A DNA stretch of 62,988 bases, filler included, from Octopus bimaculoides (lineage: Eukaryota), in NCBI RefSeq assembly GCF_001194135.2. It is 6 parts of 6 records of this genome, joined end to end, with 100 filler letters (N's around TTAATTAATTAA, not from the genome) between each part and the next. Parts side by side here need not be neighbours in the genome. Positions count along the whole stretch, not along the records: positions 13,633 to 43,213 come from NC_068996.1; 5 more parts are not named here. One strand, given 5' to 3'. The notes beneath the pieces were generated by a model. It searched no databases, had not been told where the DNA came from, and saw only the letters and a program-made list of their open reading frames with translations. The stretch's first letter is position 1. Each line of letters begins with the position of its first letter. Shown piece after piece: positions 24,986-37,325 of this stretch. Position numbers and translations under genes: made by a program.

Positions 24986-26760
24986 CTACTTTTGCATACT
25001 TAGAGTAGTTCTACTTTAACCATTCTTATTTCAATCAATCATTTTTTTTTTTTTTTTTTGGCAAATTCACAGGAAGAGAATACTTCTCTCTATATTTCTA
25101 TTTTTCATTCATTAAAATGTTGTAATTTGATTAATAAATGTGTGCGCATCTGAGTGTGTTTATGTCTCCTTGTCTTAACATCATATAATAGATATAAATG
25201 AATGTTACAATCATACAAGAAGTGTCTCTTATTTCTGACCTTCCATGAAAAACATGTCTGGCCATGGGGAAATATTTCCTTGCTTGGAAACAGGTGAGGG
25301 TTGGTGACAGGAAAGGCATCAGGCTGTTGAAAATCTTCCACAACTAATCTTGTCTGATCTAATGATTGCATGAGAAAATGGGCATTAAAACGATTATGTT
25401 GATGGATAAAGCAAGTACTTCTGTAGTCATTTTAAACAGTAAGTTTATAAATGATACAGTGGGATTATAAATGTATGGTATGCCATATTATGTTCCTCTA
25501 GCTGTAGATAAGATTCATTATGTAGGTGACATTTGTTTATGGACTTGAAAGCTGGCAACAGAATTATGTTTAGGCTGGGAATTATGACACACACCATATA
25601 CTACTTCATTGAAAAATAATAGATAAGATTGATGATAATTATTTTTCAAGTATTTTAGATAGAATATTTATAGTATGCTCAGGGAGAAAAATACAGACAC
25701 ACTGACAGACACAGACGGATGGACAGATAGAGAGATGGAATTTGTTTTAGATTGATCTATTGGGCTGTTACAGTAAAGTCTGCCCCATCTTATTGTTGGT
25801 TTCTGAGGCAGGAATAAGCAGTCTTTACCCATATGAAGAAGATCTGACGGTACAGCTTTTACATTCTGTTGTGGTATTGAGTACTTTTTCTCTTGCTAAT
25901 ACCAATACACACACACACACCCCACATACATGAGTGTGTGTGTATGTTTGTCCCATGGTGGTTTGTTGATAAAATTTTTCTGCTTTGTAAGGGTAATTTA
26001 CTAAATATTTCTGCTGTTCTAATGGTGTTTCTGTTTTCAAAAGATAAACAAAACATATTTGTTCTGTACAATACACATTTTTGACACTTACAAAATAACA
26101 AATGTTAGTTTGTTTATATTTATACACGCAGACACACACACACACACATACATAAATATATATATATATATGAGGTTGAGTTGTCCAACTAAAACCCCCT
26201 CAAGGAGGTGCTCCAGTATGGCCACAGTCCAAAAACTGAAGCAAATACAAGATATATATATNNNNNNNNNNNNNNNNNNNNNNNNNNNNNNNNNNNNNNN
26301 NNNNNNNNNNNNNNNNNNNNNNNNNNNNNNNNNNNNNNNNNNNNNNNNNNNNNNNNNNNNNNNNNNNNNNNNNNNNNNNNNNNNNNNNNNNNNNNNNNNN
26401 NNNNNNNNNNNNNNNNNNNNNNNNNNNNNNNNNNNNNNNNNNNNNNNNNNNNNNNNNNNNNNNNNNNNNNNNNNNNNNNNNNNNNNNNNNNNNNNNNNNN
26501 NNNNNNNNNNNNNNNNNNNNNNNNNNNNNNNNNNNNNNNNNNNNNNNNNNNNNNNNNNNNNNNNNNNNNNNNNNNNNNNNNNNNNNNNNNNNNNNNNNNN
26601 NNNNNNNNNNNNNNNNNNNNNNNNNNNNNNNNNNNNNNNNNNNNNNNNNNNNNNNNNNNNNNNNNNNNNNNNNNNNNNNNNNNNNNNNNNNNNNNNNNNN
26701 NNNNNNNNNNNNNNNNNNNNNNNNNNNNNNNNNNNNNNNNNNNNNNNNNNNNNNNNNNNN

Positions 26761-26811
<51 letters not shown>

Positions 26812-27242
26812 ATTGTTGCTATTTGTGGTAATATGTAGAAGGTAACTAAATCTTTGTTATTCATCCCTTCTGGTACCAACCTGCCTGAGGCCATCCTTGG
26901 TTCCATGGCACACACTTCCAGCTTCAAGTGATCTAACCATTGAGTTTCTGTTAAAATTTCATGTTAATTTATGTTTCCAACGCTACTTTAATAATGGTGA
27001 AAGCAGAGCATTTATTTTAACCTTAAGCATTTAAACCAGACATTTCTAACTCAAATAGTCTACCTGTTTCATGTTCATACTGGCCCAGACGTGGCCCCTC
27101 ATGCTTACCCTACATTTGAGGAATAAACAATCCCATCATTGAAATCTCAAAGCTATGAGATAATGCATGATTAATTCCAAACAATGTGAATAAATAACAG
27201 TAATCAGAATGCTGAAGAGTTAACAGAAATATGGTAACAAAG

Positions 27243-27472
27243 GCAGGGAGTTGGCAGAATCGTTAGCACACCGGGCGAAATGCTAAGTGGCATTTCGTCT
27301 GCTGTTATGTTCTGAGTTCAAATTCTGCCGAGGTCGACTTTGTCTTTCATCCTTTCGGGGTCGATAAATTAAGTACCAGTTATGCAATGGGGTCGATGTA
27401 ATCAACTTAATCCCTTTGGCCTTGTTTGTCCCCTCTATGTTTAGCTCCTTGTGGGCAATAAAGAAATAAGAA
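27243..27472 (+). mobile_element. SINE family B (copies: 14215-14405-, 20735-20890-, 30405-30632-, 32802-33030+, 33318-33668-, four at 36170-37070+, 37340-37545-, 37575-37790-, 44915-45105+, 59205-59420+)
   Basis: Head (g)agctggcagaatcgttagca..gagttcaaattc with A/B-box-like motifs, and body gaggtcgactttgcctttcatcctttcggggtcgataaattaagtaccag. Confidence 0.88.
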
Positions 27473-28031
27473 ACATGGTAACAGGAAGATTGACCTCAAT
27501 CCATTCCTAATTGTACAGATCTATGTCCAGTGGTGTCAGAGCAGTAACTTTCTAATTTCTCTTAGGACTGTGTTGCCTAAAGTGTTCTTTCTTTGCTGAA
27601 GCAGTAAAGAAGAAAATGACTGCTATTTCTAGCAGATCGAGTAATAACCATGTAGTGATACTCTCATTGATTTGAGGATGATGATGATAGTGGTGGTGGT
27701 ATAGATGTCATTACATATTCACAAATCAATTTGAAAATTTTTGATTAGGGACTTAAAATAGGAGAGGATTGAATGAGATGGGGTGAGAGTGAGGTAAATT
27801 TATGGGAATATTTTTAACTTAAACACTGAGATCAATATTTAAATATTTGAAATTAGTGATGTTGTCCTGATATATGGATTTTCATCTTCTTTCTTTTTTT
27901 TATTTTAATTAATTAGATTGATTAAAACTGTAGATTTCTCTTTAGTCTGAATGATAAAGACAAAGTCAATGACATTGTGATTCTAAATTTCAGTTTTAAA
28001 CTAGGCCAAGTTATTCTGTTCTAGATTAATA

Positions 28032-28373
28032 TGAGGTGGGTGCTGAAAAGTTTCTGGCTTTAAGCGTATCACGAAAGGCCTGGTTGGAGGTTCAACCTTC
28101 TATGTTCTTCTACAGGGCTTGTGAATCTGAGAGGAGAATATCATCGTCGTTTAATGTCCGCTTTCCATGCTAGCATGGGTTGGACAATTTGACTGTGGAC
28201 TGGTGGACCAGATGGCTGCACCAGGCTCCAATCTGATCTGGCAGAGTTTCTACAGCTGGATGCCCTTCCTAACGCCAACCACTCCAAGAGTGTAGATGTT
28301 GAATAAAACCAGAATTAACTGGACCTCTTGTGTTTTCTTTTACCCAAAACCAGGAACTTTTCAGCACCCCTTT
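28032..28373 (+). mobile_element. Mariner-derived MITE interrupted by an RTE 3' tail (28140-28295)
   Basis: TIRs (g)ggtgctgaaaagtttctgg / ccaggaacttttcagcacccc next to TA. Removing the insert restores the transposase end VNLRGEYVE*. Confidence 0.75.
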
Positions 28374-30011
28374 ATGTATCGATTTGTGAAAAAAATGTTC
28401 ATCATCATCATCATTGTTTAACGTCCGCTTTCCATGCTAGCATGGGTTGGACGAGGGTTACAAATTAAGCCTGTTCTTGAAGATGACATTTTTTTTGTAA
28501 AACTCTAGACAATCCTGTTCTTTTATCTTTCATCTTTGTTTTGGCCACTAGACTGTGGCCATGCTGGGGCAATGCTTAGAGTGGTTTAGTCAAATAAATT
28601 GACACCAATACTCTTTTTCCTTAAGCTTGGTTGTTATTCTATTGGTGCCTTTTCTTTTTTTGCCAGACTGCTAAGTTACAGAGACGTAAACAAACCAACA
28701 CTGGTTGTCAAATGGTGGTGGGTGACAAACATAAAAATAGGTATACACACACAAAGACACATGATAGGCTTCTTTCAGTTTCTGTCAACCAAATCAATCT
28801 TTAGTCAGCCCGGAGCTGTAGTAGAAGACACTTGCAGTGGAACTTGTCTTTAACTTTTTTATATTTTCTCTTCCATGTCGACACAGTTTGGACAAGATTT
28901 CTTCAGGCAGTAATTCTGTGGCAAGGTGCCTTTTCTGTTGCCATTGGTCTTCACACTTTGAAGCCTATGAAATTACCAAACTATGATGCCCTATTGTTTA
29001 CAGAAAATACAAACAAACGTCATCTTTTTCAGAGTAAATGTCTCTCCCCCCCCTCTCTCTCTCTCGCTCGCTCTTTCTCTATCTCTCACACCTTATGATA
29101 TTATGTATCACTCATTCTCATCCAACAAATGCATTCACATAGAAGTTAGATAACTTTTACCTTTGTGCAGTCATTGTTTAGCCCTAGGCTAGTTCTCATT
29201 GAGTAGATCTATAATGAAGTGTATTCTAACCATTGTCATGTTGTCTTTTAGTATATCAATCCTTGATATTGTACAATGTCAAACACCCACAACTCCTCCT
29301 ACCACCACCACCGTCTGTTTGTCTCTCTCACAAACAAAAGGAAGGTTAAGATATGATTTTTAGCACATTAAGCTTTTACACAGAGACTTTTCCATTAGCT
29401 TCTGTTCTCTTTCCCTTTTGTTCAGTTGTTTTCCTTCAGTGTCTGATATCTCAAATAATTCTGTGTCAGTGGTATGCTCTGCTGAAGACACTTTCCTAAA
29501 GCCTCCAACATGAATGCAGACAGAGAAGGAAGATGAACCTAAAACCCGTGGTCTGTCTTTAGACTATATGGTTACCTGTCCTGGTCACTTATAACCCCTG
29601 CAAAAGACACAGGTGTGCAGTGGTGTATTAACCAGAGTGGTGGATTTAATCAACCACCAAAGAACAGCCCATCCAATGAGTTTCCACATGTCTATCCTGT
29701 TTCACTTCTCATAAAACTTGGGTTCATGTGAAATTATGCTATAATAGAAGACACTTGCCCAAGGTGTTGTTGTTTAGTGGGAATAAATATAGAGCTACAT
29801 GACTGCAAAATAAATTTCTTAACTACACTGCCATACTTTTTCAAATTTTGTTTATCCATGTTCACCATGCAGTATTTGTGTGTGTGTATGTATTTTTACG
29901 TTCTTAAAATTTTGCTTTCTTACCCAGCTAGTTGGATATCTGTTGATCAAACTAAGTTATGTGGAAAATGAAATTGGTTACATGAAAAAACAATACTATT
30001 CAAATGCTCTC

Positions 30012-30063
<52 letters not shown>

Positions 30064-31658
30064 ACGCACACGCACACTCTGAGTTACATAGCAACACAAA
30101 CTTTGTTGCAAGTAGTGGAAAAAGAAAAGAAGAAAAAAGCATTTAAACACAACCATCTATATAAAAACAACTTTCTCTTTATTATTTAATATAATATTGG
30201 GTCAGGTAATTGTGTAAAGAACTAGGAGTGGAATGTACAACAAATGTAGCTTTACATATCAATAATGGATTATTTTGTTGTTTTTTTTTTTAATTATTTC
30301 TTCCAGGTTAAGTTGTATTAATTTCTCAGGTCAGACATGTTTCCTGTATTGAGTTTAAGTAGAAATAAAGTAAAGATAGGAAATGATTTAGAATTAGAGA
30401 TAGAATTATATATTGGCTTCAAATATTGGCACAAGGCCAGGAATTTCAGGAGAGTGAGCAAAGTTGATTACATTGACCTGCAATGCTTAACTGGTACTTA
30501 ATTTATTGACCACTGAAAGAATGAAAAGGCAAAGTCAACCTTGGCAGAATTTGAACTCAGAATGTTAAAATGGATGAAATGCTGCCAAGCACTAAGCCTG
30601 GCATGCAAATGATTCTGCTAGCTCACCATCTTAATAAGAGTATATATTGCTTACCAGAATGCAGATGGTGTGTCCTGATCCTGTAGACATCATACAATCT
30701 TGTTTAGGACTGATAAGTACCTGACAAAACTATCAATAATCTGCATTGGCCAAAAACTGTTTATTTGATGAAGAATCCTGCCTGATATGTCAGTCCACTT
30801 ATCCTCAAAGAGCATGAACTTATTTTAACAAATTCTTGGAGTATTATTTATATTTATATAGAAATTAGGTTTGAGCACCAAAAAATATATTCATGGTAAT
30901 TAAGAGTGGTTTTTGTTTCAGACACATAACATTTTAGAGTTTAATGATATTGCTATACAGTAAATCTTGGTGGAACAAACTTGTGGCTAAAAGAATTATC
31001 AAAAGCCACATATTTAGAATAAACAAGCAGAAAAGCATAGATTTCATATGTATTTCATAAGTTGATTGTGCTCAACAATTGTTTCATCATCATTATCATC
31101 ATTGATTAACGTCTGTTTTCCATGCTGGCATGGGTTGGACGGTGTGACTGAAATCTGGAGAGCCAGCGGCTGCACCAGGCTCCAGTCTGGTCTTGCAGAG
31201 TTTCTACTGCTGGATGTCCTTCTTGTGATATAAAATATCATGATATAATTCATCATCATCATTTAATGTTTATATTACATGTAATTAATTAATTGAAATT
31301 AATTTAAAACTGATGTATTGCCCATATTCTTTTGGAGGAATATTTCTCAAGTAAAATTCTTAGTTCTTTGGTAAAATTTATGTGTGATAAAATATGTCTA
31401 AAATTAAATTTATTGACTATCTCAAGTCGGTACAAGCTAGAAGTAGCCATTTACTAGATTTGATTTACTTATAAAGTAATATACACACACACACACACAC
31501 ACACACAAAAAAAAGAAAAGAAAAGAAAAAAGAACAATAATTGTCTTTATGTGTGTGTTTTACGAGAAGCAACAGAAGTAAATTTTATTTATATGTGAAA
31601 TATATGTTTGTTTGCATACATTGATTCTATTTTTATTGTTTTTTTTCTTCTTCTCCAG

Positions 31659-31808
31659 ATATAACTAGAATTAAAAAGGTTACACCGCTTTATGGTCAAC
31701 CTTCCTGGTGGGGAGAACCAGACATAGTTGAGAATGACCCAGTGGATTCTTCAAACAGCTCTCAAAACCAAAAGAAGAAATGCAATGATAGTGAAACATC
31801 TGATAAAC
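31659..31808 (+). CDS. CEP170: Internal coding exon (150 nt, phase 1-1) of centrosomal protein 170 (CEP170/CEP170B family)
   Basis: Strong acceptor ttttttttcttcttctccag and donor AAAC|GTAATT. Translates xITRIKKVTPLYGQPSWWGEPDIVENDPVDSSNSSQNQKKKCNDSETSDK. TPLYGQPSWWG is the conserved post-FHA motif of CEP170 and CEP170B as I recall it; the paralog cannot be resolved. Confidence 0.8.
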
Positions 31809-32298
31809 GTAATTATATTTTTGAATTATTCTATGTTGAAAAAAAAAAAAAAAGTCTTGCTTTTATTATAACCATTGCTTTAATGTTTGTTTGTTTTTTT
31901 AGATTTTTCTTTCTGCGCATAGCTTAGTAGTGAGAGTGTTAGATATAAGATCTTTAGTTCAATTCCTGGACCGGGTGGTGCATTCTGTCCTTGAGCATAA
32001 TGCTTATTTCATATTCTTTAAGTCTAGTCAGCTGTGAGTAACCCTGCAAAAGACTGGTGTCCCATCCAGGGGGAATGTTGTGATCTGTCACTTATACACT
32101 GTGGAAACCAGATAACTAGTCTTCTGAGTCCCAGGAGTCAAGACAGTGATGATGTTGATGATGTTGATATAGGTTTGATTGGTCTGTAATTCAGAATTCT
32201 TCCTTGTATCTGAAATTGTTATTTTGTCTGCGAAGCCCAATCTTCACCAATCTTTAGTGTCATTTTGCAGCTCTTCCTTGATTTATTTCTACCTTTAA

Positions 32299-32472
32299 CC
32301 CTTTAGCATATAAACCAGCCAAATCTGGTCAAAATATTCTGTCTGTTTTATGTCCAAACTGGTCTGATCCAGCCTCTCACACCTACCCTACAAGGTCATT
32401 CCAAAAATAAACAATCAAATTATTGAAGTCTGGAAGGGATGAGAATTTGACAGTAAATTGAATGCTAAAGGG
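32299..32472. mobile_element. piggyBac-like MITE, family 2 (related copies ~27020-27222, 40603-40805, 41155-41370)
   Basis: Ends ttaa-CCCTTTAGCAT ... ATGCTAAAGGG-tt(g/a)a. Confidence 0.65.
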
Positions 32473-33932
32473 TTGATCACACAGCATATATGGTCCATTT
32501 ATTGTGTGTCTGTTTTAAAAGAAATTTACCATGTAAAATTAGGAGTTTCCACAGAATATATAACAAGAAAGTGGTCTGAATGCAAGAAAAGAGTAATTAG
32601 TTGCTCTGCAAAATATACATTAAAGCTGAAAATGTCTTGATATTGTTTCAACTGCAGGAATTTGCCCAGATACTTGCTTTGTAACTATGTGACTTTGGTT
32701 TCAGTCCCACTGCGTGGCGCTTTGGGCAAGTGTCTTCCACTGCAGCCCTGAGCTGATCAATGCCTTTCGTGTGAATTTGGTAGACAGAAACTGTGTGGAA
32801 GACAGCGACCTGGCAGAAACATTAGCACGCCAGGCGAAATGCATGGCGGTATTTCGTCTGCCGTTACGTTCTAAGTTCAAATTCCACCGAGCTCGACTTT
32901 GCCTTTCATCTTTTCGGGGTCGATAAATTAAGTACCAGTTGTGCACTGGGGTCGATGTAATTGACTTAATCCCTTTGTCTGTCTTTGTTGTCCCCTTTAT
33001 GTTTTGCCCCTTGTGGGCAGTAAAGAAATAAGAAACTGTGTGGAAGCCTGTTTTGTGTCTGTGTGTCCTTCCCACTACCACCTAGCAATTGGCAATGGCT
33101 TGTTTACATCACTGTAACTTAGTGGTTTGGCAAAAGGGACCAATAGAATAAGTACAAGACTTAAAATAAATACTGGGGGTCAATTTGTTTGATTAAACCC
33201 TTTCAAGTAAATCCAAAATGTCCACAGTCCAGTGACTGAGCTGACTAAAAGATAAAAGATATATGTTTGAGAGAATGTGATGCTCTACAATAGTTAAATG
33301 AGGAAGCCATTATGTTCTTTTCTACTCCAGGCACAAGGCCTAAAATTTTTGGGGAGGGTGAGGCAGTTGATTAGATCGACCCCAGTACACAACTGGTAGT
33401 TAATTTATCAATCCCGAAAGGATGAAAATCAAAGTCGACCTTGGCAGAATTTGAACTCAGAGCGTAAAGACAGACGAAATACCACTAAGCATTTTCGGCA
33501 TCCAGCTTTAGAAACACTGCCAAATCAGATTGGAGCCTGGTGTAGCCATCTGGTTTCACCAGTCCTCAGTCAAATCGTCCAACCCATGCTAGCATGGAAG
33601 GCGGACGTTAAACGATGATGATGATGATGATGATGATGTCCTAACGTTTCTGCCAGCTCGCCACCTTAAAGGAGCCATTATATTGCTTGTATTTATTCAC
33701 ACATGATAGCCACAAACCTCATATTGCAAAAGAAAATAGTGTCAGCTTGATATGAGAATTCACCTATTTATAAGTCGTCTTTCCTCTACTTCTTACATGA
33801 GTTCTAAAGTAGGTTCTGTTCTTCTATGATTGCTTGCTCTTTGCGTTTTGATGTAGTTCCTTGTTTACTTCTACTTGCAGTTCTCTCTCAGATTATCACC
33901 CTGGGTAGTTGTCCTTGTTACTCAGATATTAA

Positions 33933-34627
33933 CCCTTTCGTTACCATATTTCTGTCGAGATGTTCTGTGTTTCTTTCAATTAATTCTAAATATAACAAAG
34001 AATTTAGTAAAATAACTTAGTTATCATTCAGCTAGTTCCTAAAACTAGCTGAATGATAACTAAGTTATCATTAACTAAGTTATCTGTACTACAGAGCTAG
34101 AAGCAATTTCAACTGTGTTAGTATCAAAAGGGTTAAGAATTGCTTCTCTATTATATATTTTAACCCTTTCGTTACCATATTTCTGTCGAGATGTTCTGTG
34201 TTTCTTTCAATTAATTCTAAATATAACAAAGAATTTAGTAAAATAACTTAGTTATCATTCAGCTATTGTTAGGAACATAAACTGTGACTAAGGTTTGGTG
34301 GAAGATTTTAATTCAGAACTTTTGAAAACAAGACATTTGTATTATAGAGGTAGAGGCAGTTTCAGCTGGGTTGGTATCTAAAGGGTTAAGAATTGTTTCT
34401 CTATTATATATTTTAACTATTTTGTTACCACATTTCTGTTGAGATGTTCTGTGTTTCTTTCAATTACTTTAAATATAACAAAGAATTTAGTAAAATAACT
34501 TAGTTATCATTAAGTTAGTGTTAGGAACATAAATTGTGACTAAAGTTTGGTGGAAGATTTTAATTCAGAACAAGACATTTGTAGCACAGAGCTAGAGCTA
34601 TTTTCAGCCGGGTTGGTAACAAAAGAG
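33933..34627. mobile_element. Three tandem copies of a piggyBac-like MITE (33933-34132, 34164-34385, 34417-34627)
   Basis: Each copy runs TTAA-ccctttcgttacca...gtatcaaaaggg-TTAA (third copy more decayed). Copies are separated by a near-identical spacer, gaattg(c/t)ttctctattatatatt. Confidence 0.8.
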
Positions 34628-36379
34628 TTAAAAGTGTGGTGGTTTGGATAAGTTCTATGCCATAGGATGACATTGACATTCCTGGCAATATGTCAGTGCC
34701 AGGGCTATGGGATCTTTTTGCCAGCTGTTTTGGTGCCGTCTTTTTGGTGTCTCTGATTCAATATCGAGTTATTTGCCATTAGATGTTTCAATATTGTTCT
34801 CTCTTTCGTTCTCTCTCTCTCTGTTTATGTGTGTGAACATCTAGTTACGTTTGTATATGTATGTTTATGTTTATTGTTTCTCTCTGTATGTGTGCACATG
34901 TTTACCTCTTGTGTCAAAGCAATTCTGCTGTTGAAACAATTAGAATGTCCAGTCCCTCATGCCAAATCATTAGTACCCAAACAGCTGCACCCAAGCCTCT
35001 CTTTCTTCAATCTCAAAATCTCAGATTCCTCCTGGTATATGTATTTAGCCAAACTTATGAATATCACCGAATAATTTTTGTCCGTTTCATCTGACTTCGG
35101 GTTTTTTTTGTATTTTTTTTTTTTGAATTGTAATTAATTACCTACTTGCTAATCTACATCTATTTCAATTAAGCATGGACTATGTCTCATTGATCCTTCT
35201 GTGTAACAACAACTTCTAAGGATATAATAAGGAAAAGAAGGAAAAACGTGAATGCTATTCTTCTCTTCAGGTCAATGAAAAACAAAAAAATATATATATA
35301 TAAAGCAACAAAATAAAATGAATGGTAAAAGTGAGCTGAAACACTGGAAGTGAATTGCTGTGGTTGTTTATCTATTGATTTGGAGAATGTGTTTTACAGA
35401 ACTGCCTCCTTGGCTAACATAAGTATAGGGAGCAAAAGAGAGGAAAAAAGAAAGTGTGTGGTGGTGGTCAAAGAGAGTTATGCACACAAGTGTGTATGCA
35501 TGTTGTCTGATATTGCCAATGTGTGAGATGATGCAGATGTTATGTACATTTGGTAAGAATGGATAATGAGGGATCTGGCGAAGCTATGAGTTTACATGTG
35601 TGTCTGACAGAAAAGAAGGTGATAAAAAAAAAAAAAAAGGTGTTACCTATGATGAATAGATAGAAAGATAGATCTTGGAGGGTTTTATGGTTAGTGGTGA
35701 GGATAGTGTGTGAGACGAATGATTAAGGCAGCTTGGCAGCAAAACAATGTTTCACAGCTATTGGAACTATGACAGCTTGTAAAAACAGATGCTAAAACAT
35801 ATGATAACTATCAAATAGATTTTATCAAACTTTCAAGAAAGAAAAAGAAAAGTTTAAAGTTTTGCTTTGTTCTGTTTACTGGGGGGTTTTTTCTCCTTTT
35901 AAGAACAAATTTTTCTGGTATGTTATTTACTCAGTTATATGGTGTGTAGGGTTATGGAGGAAAGGAAGAAGAAAAAAAAAATTGTAAAAACCTGTATTTC
36001 CTGAAGTAGCATTCTTCACTAAGAGTTATATCATATTTATTTTGAAAGGATTAAGGCAGGTTATTCCAGTTTACTTTTAACATTTTATTTTCAAGTTAAA
36101 TAGAAAAACTCTTATTATTATTATTGTTATTATTATTATTATTATTATTACTAGTAGCAGCAGCAGCAGCAGTAGTAGTTGAAAGAATTAGTAGAATTTT
36201 TAGCACACTGAGCGGCATTTTGTCTGCCTTTATGTTCTGAGTTCAAATTCCATTGATGTCAGCTTTGACTTTCATTCTTTTGGGGGTTAATAAAACAAGT
36301 ACCAGTTAATTATTGGGGTTTGAGGTAATCAACTTACCCTCGTTCCTGAAATTGCTGACCTTGTGCCAAAAACAGAAAC

Positions 36380-36422
<43 letters not shown>

Positions 36423-37084
36423 GTTATTATTAAGGTGGTGAGCTGGCAGAATCATTGGCACGCTGGGCAAAATTCTTCGTGGCATTTCATCTGTCGCTAC
36501 ATTCTGAGTTTAAATTCCACTGAGGTTGACTTTGCTTTTCATCCTTTCGTGGTCAATAAATTTAGGTACCAGTTGAGTAATTGGGGTTGATGTAATCAAC
36601 GCAACCCTTCCCCCAAAAATTTCAAGTCTTGTGCCTGTAGTAGAAAGGATCATTATTATTATTATTAAAGTGACAAGCTCACATAATTGTTAGTGTTTTG
36701 GTGAAGATGCTTGGCAGAATTTCTTCTGGCTCATAAGTCTGAGTTCAAATTCTGCTGGGATTGATTTTGTCATTTATCCTTTTGGGGTTGATAAAATAAG
36801 TACCAGTTGAACACCAGGGTTGGTATAATCAACTTATATGCTCCCCACGAAATTGCTGGCCTTGTGCCTGTAGTAGAAAGGATTATCATTATTAGTGGTA
36901 TTTCGTCTGCCACTACGTTCTGAGTTCAAATTCTACTGAGGTTAACTTTGCTTTTCATCCTGTCAGAGTCAATGAAATAAGTACCAGTTGTGCACTGGGG
37001 TTAATGTAATCAAGTATCCCCCTCTCCCAAATTTCACACCTTGTGCCTATAGAAGAAAGGATTACTATTATTATGTGTTATCTA

Positions 37085-37325
37085 TTTTACAAACCTAGAC
37101 AAGTAGAGTAGGCCAATGGAGATTTCAAATGTCTTCACTGGGAACATAATATAAACGAACTACTGACCACATCTGATGTAACTTGACCAGCTGTATGGTT
37201 GTGATGCATGTGCCTGGTGTACCCTCATCAGATGTGTAGTCATGATGGGTATATATTAGGCTTTATATATTTGTACCCCAGTGTCACTTTGATGACATAC
37301 ACTGCTCTCTCACTCAATAATAATA
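37085..37325 (+). mobile_element. Non-coding LINE-type 3' end with (AAT)n tail (longer copy at 59930-60445, minus strand)
   Basis: Shared tggttgtgatgcatgtgcctggtgtaccc..ccagtgtcactttgat..ctctctcactcaataataat. Parent family not identified. Confidence 0.6.

Noticed and set aside
24875-25002. Plus-strand frame EEYPPSWANQGAQEIQEHYDHQG as a host exon
   Set aside because: It runs into a stop with no good donor, and the opposite strand is explained by a decayed CR1-like RT.
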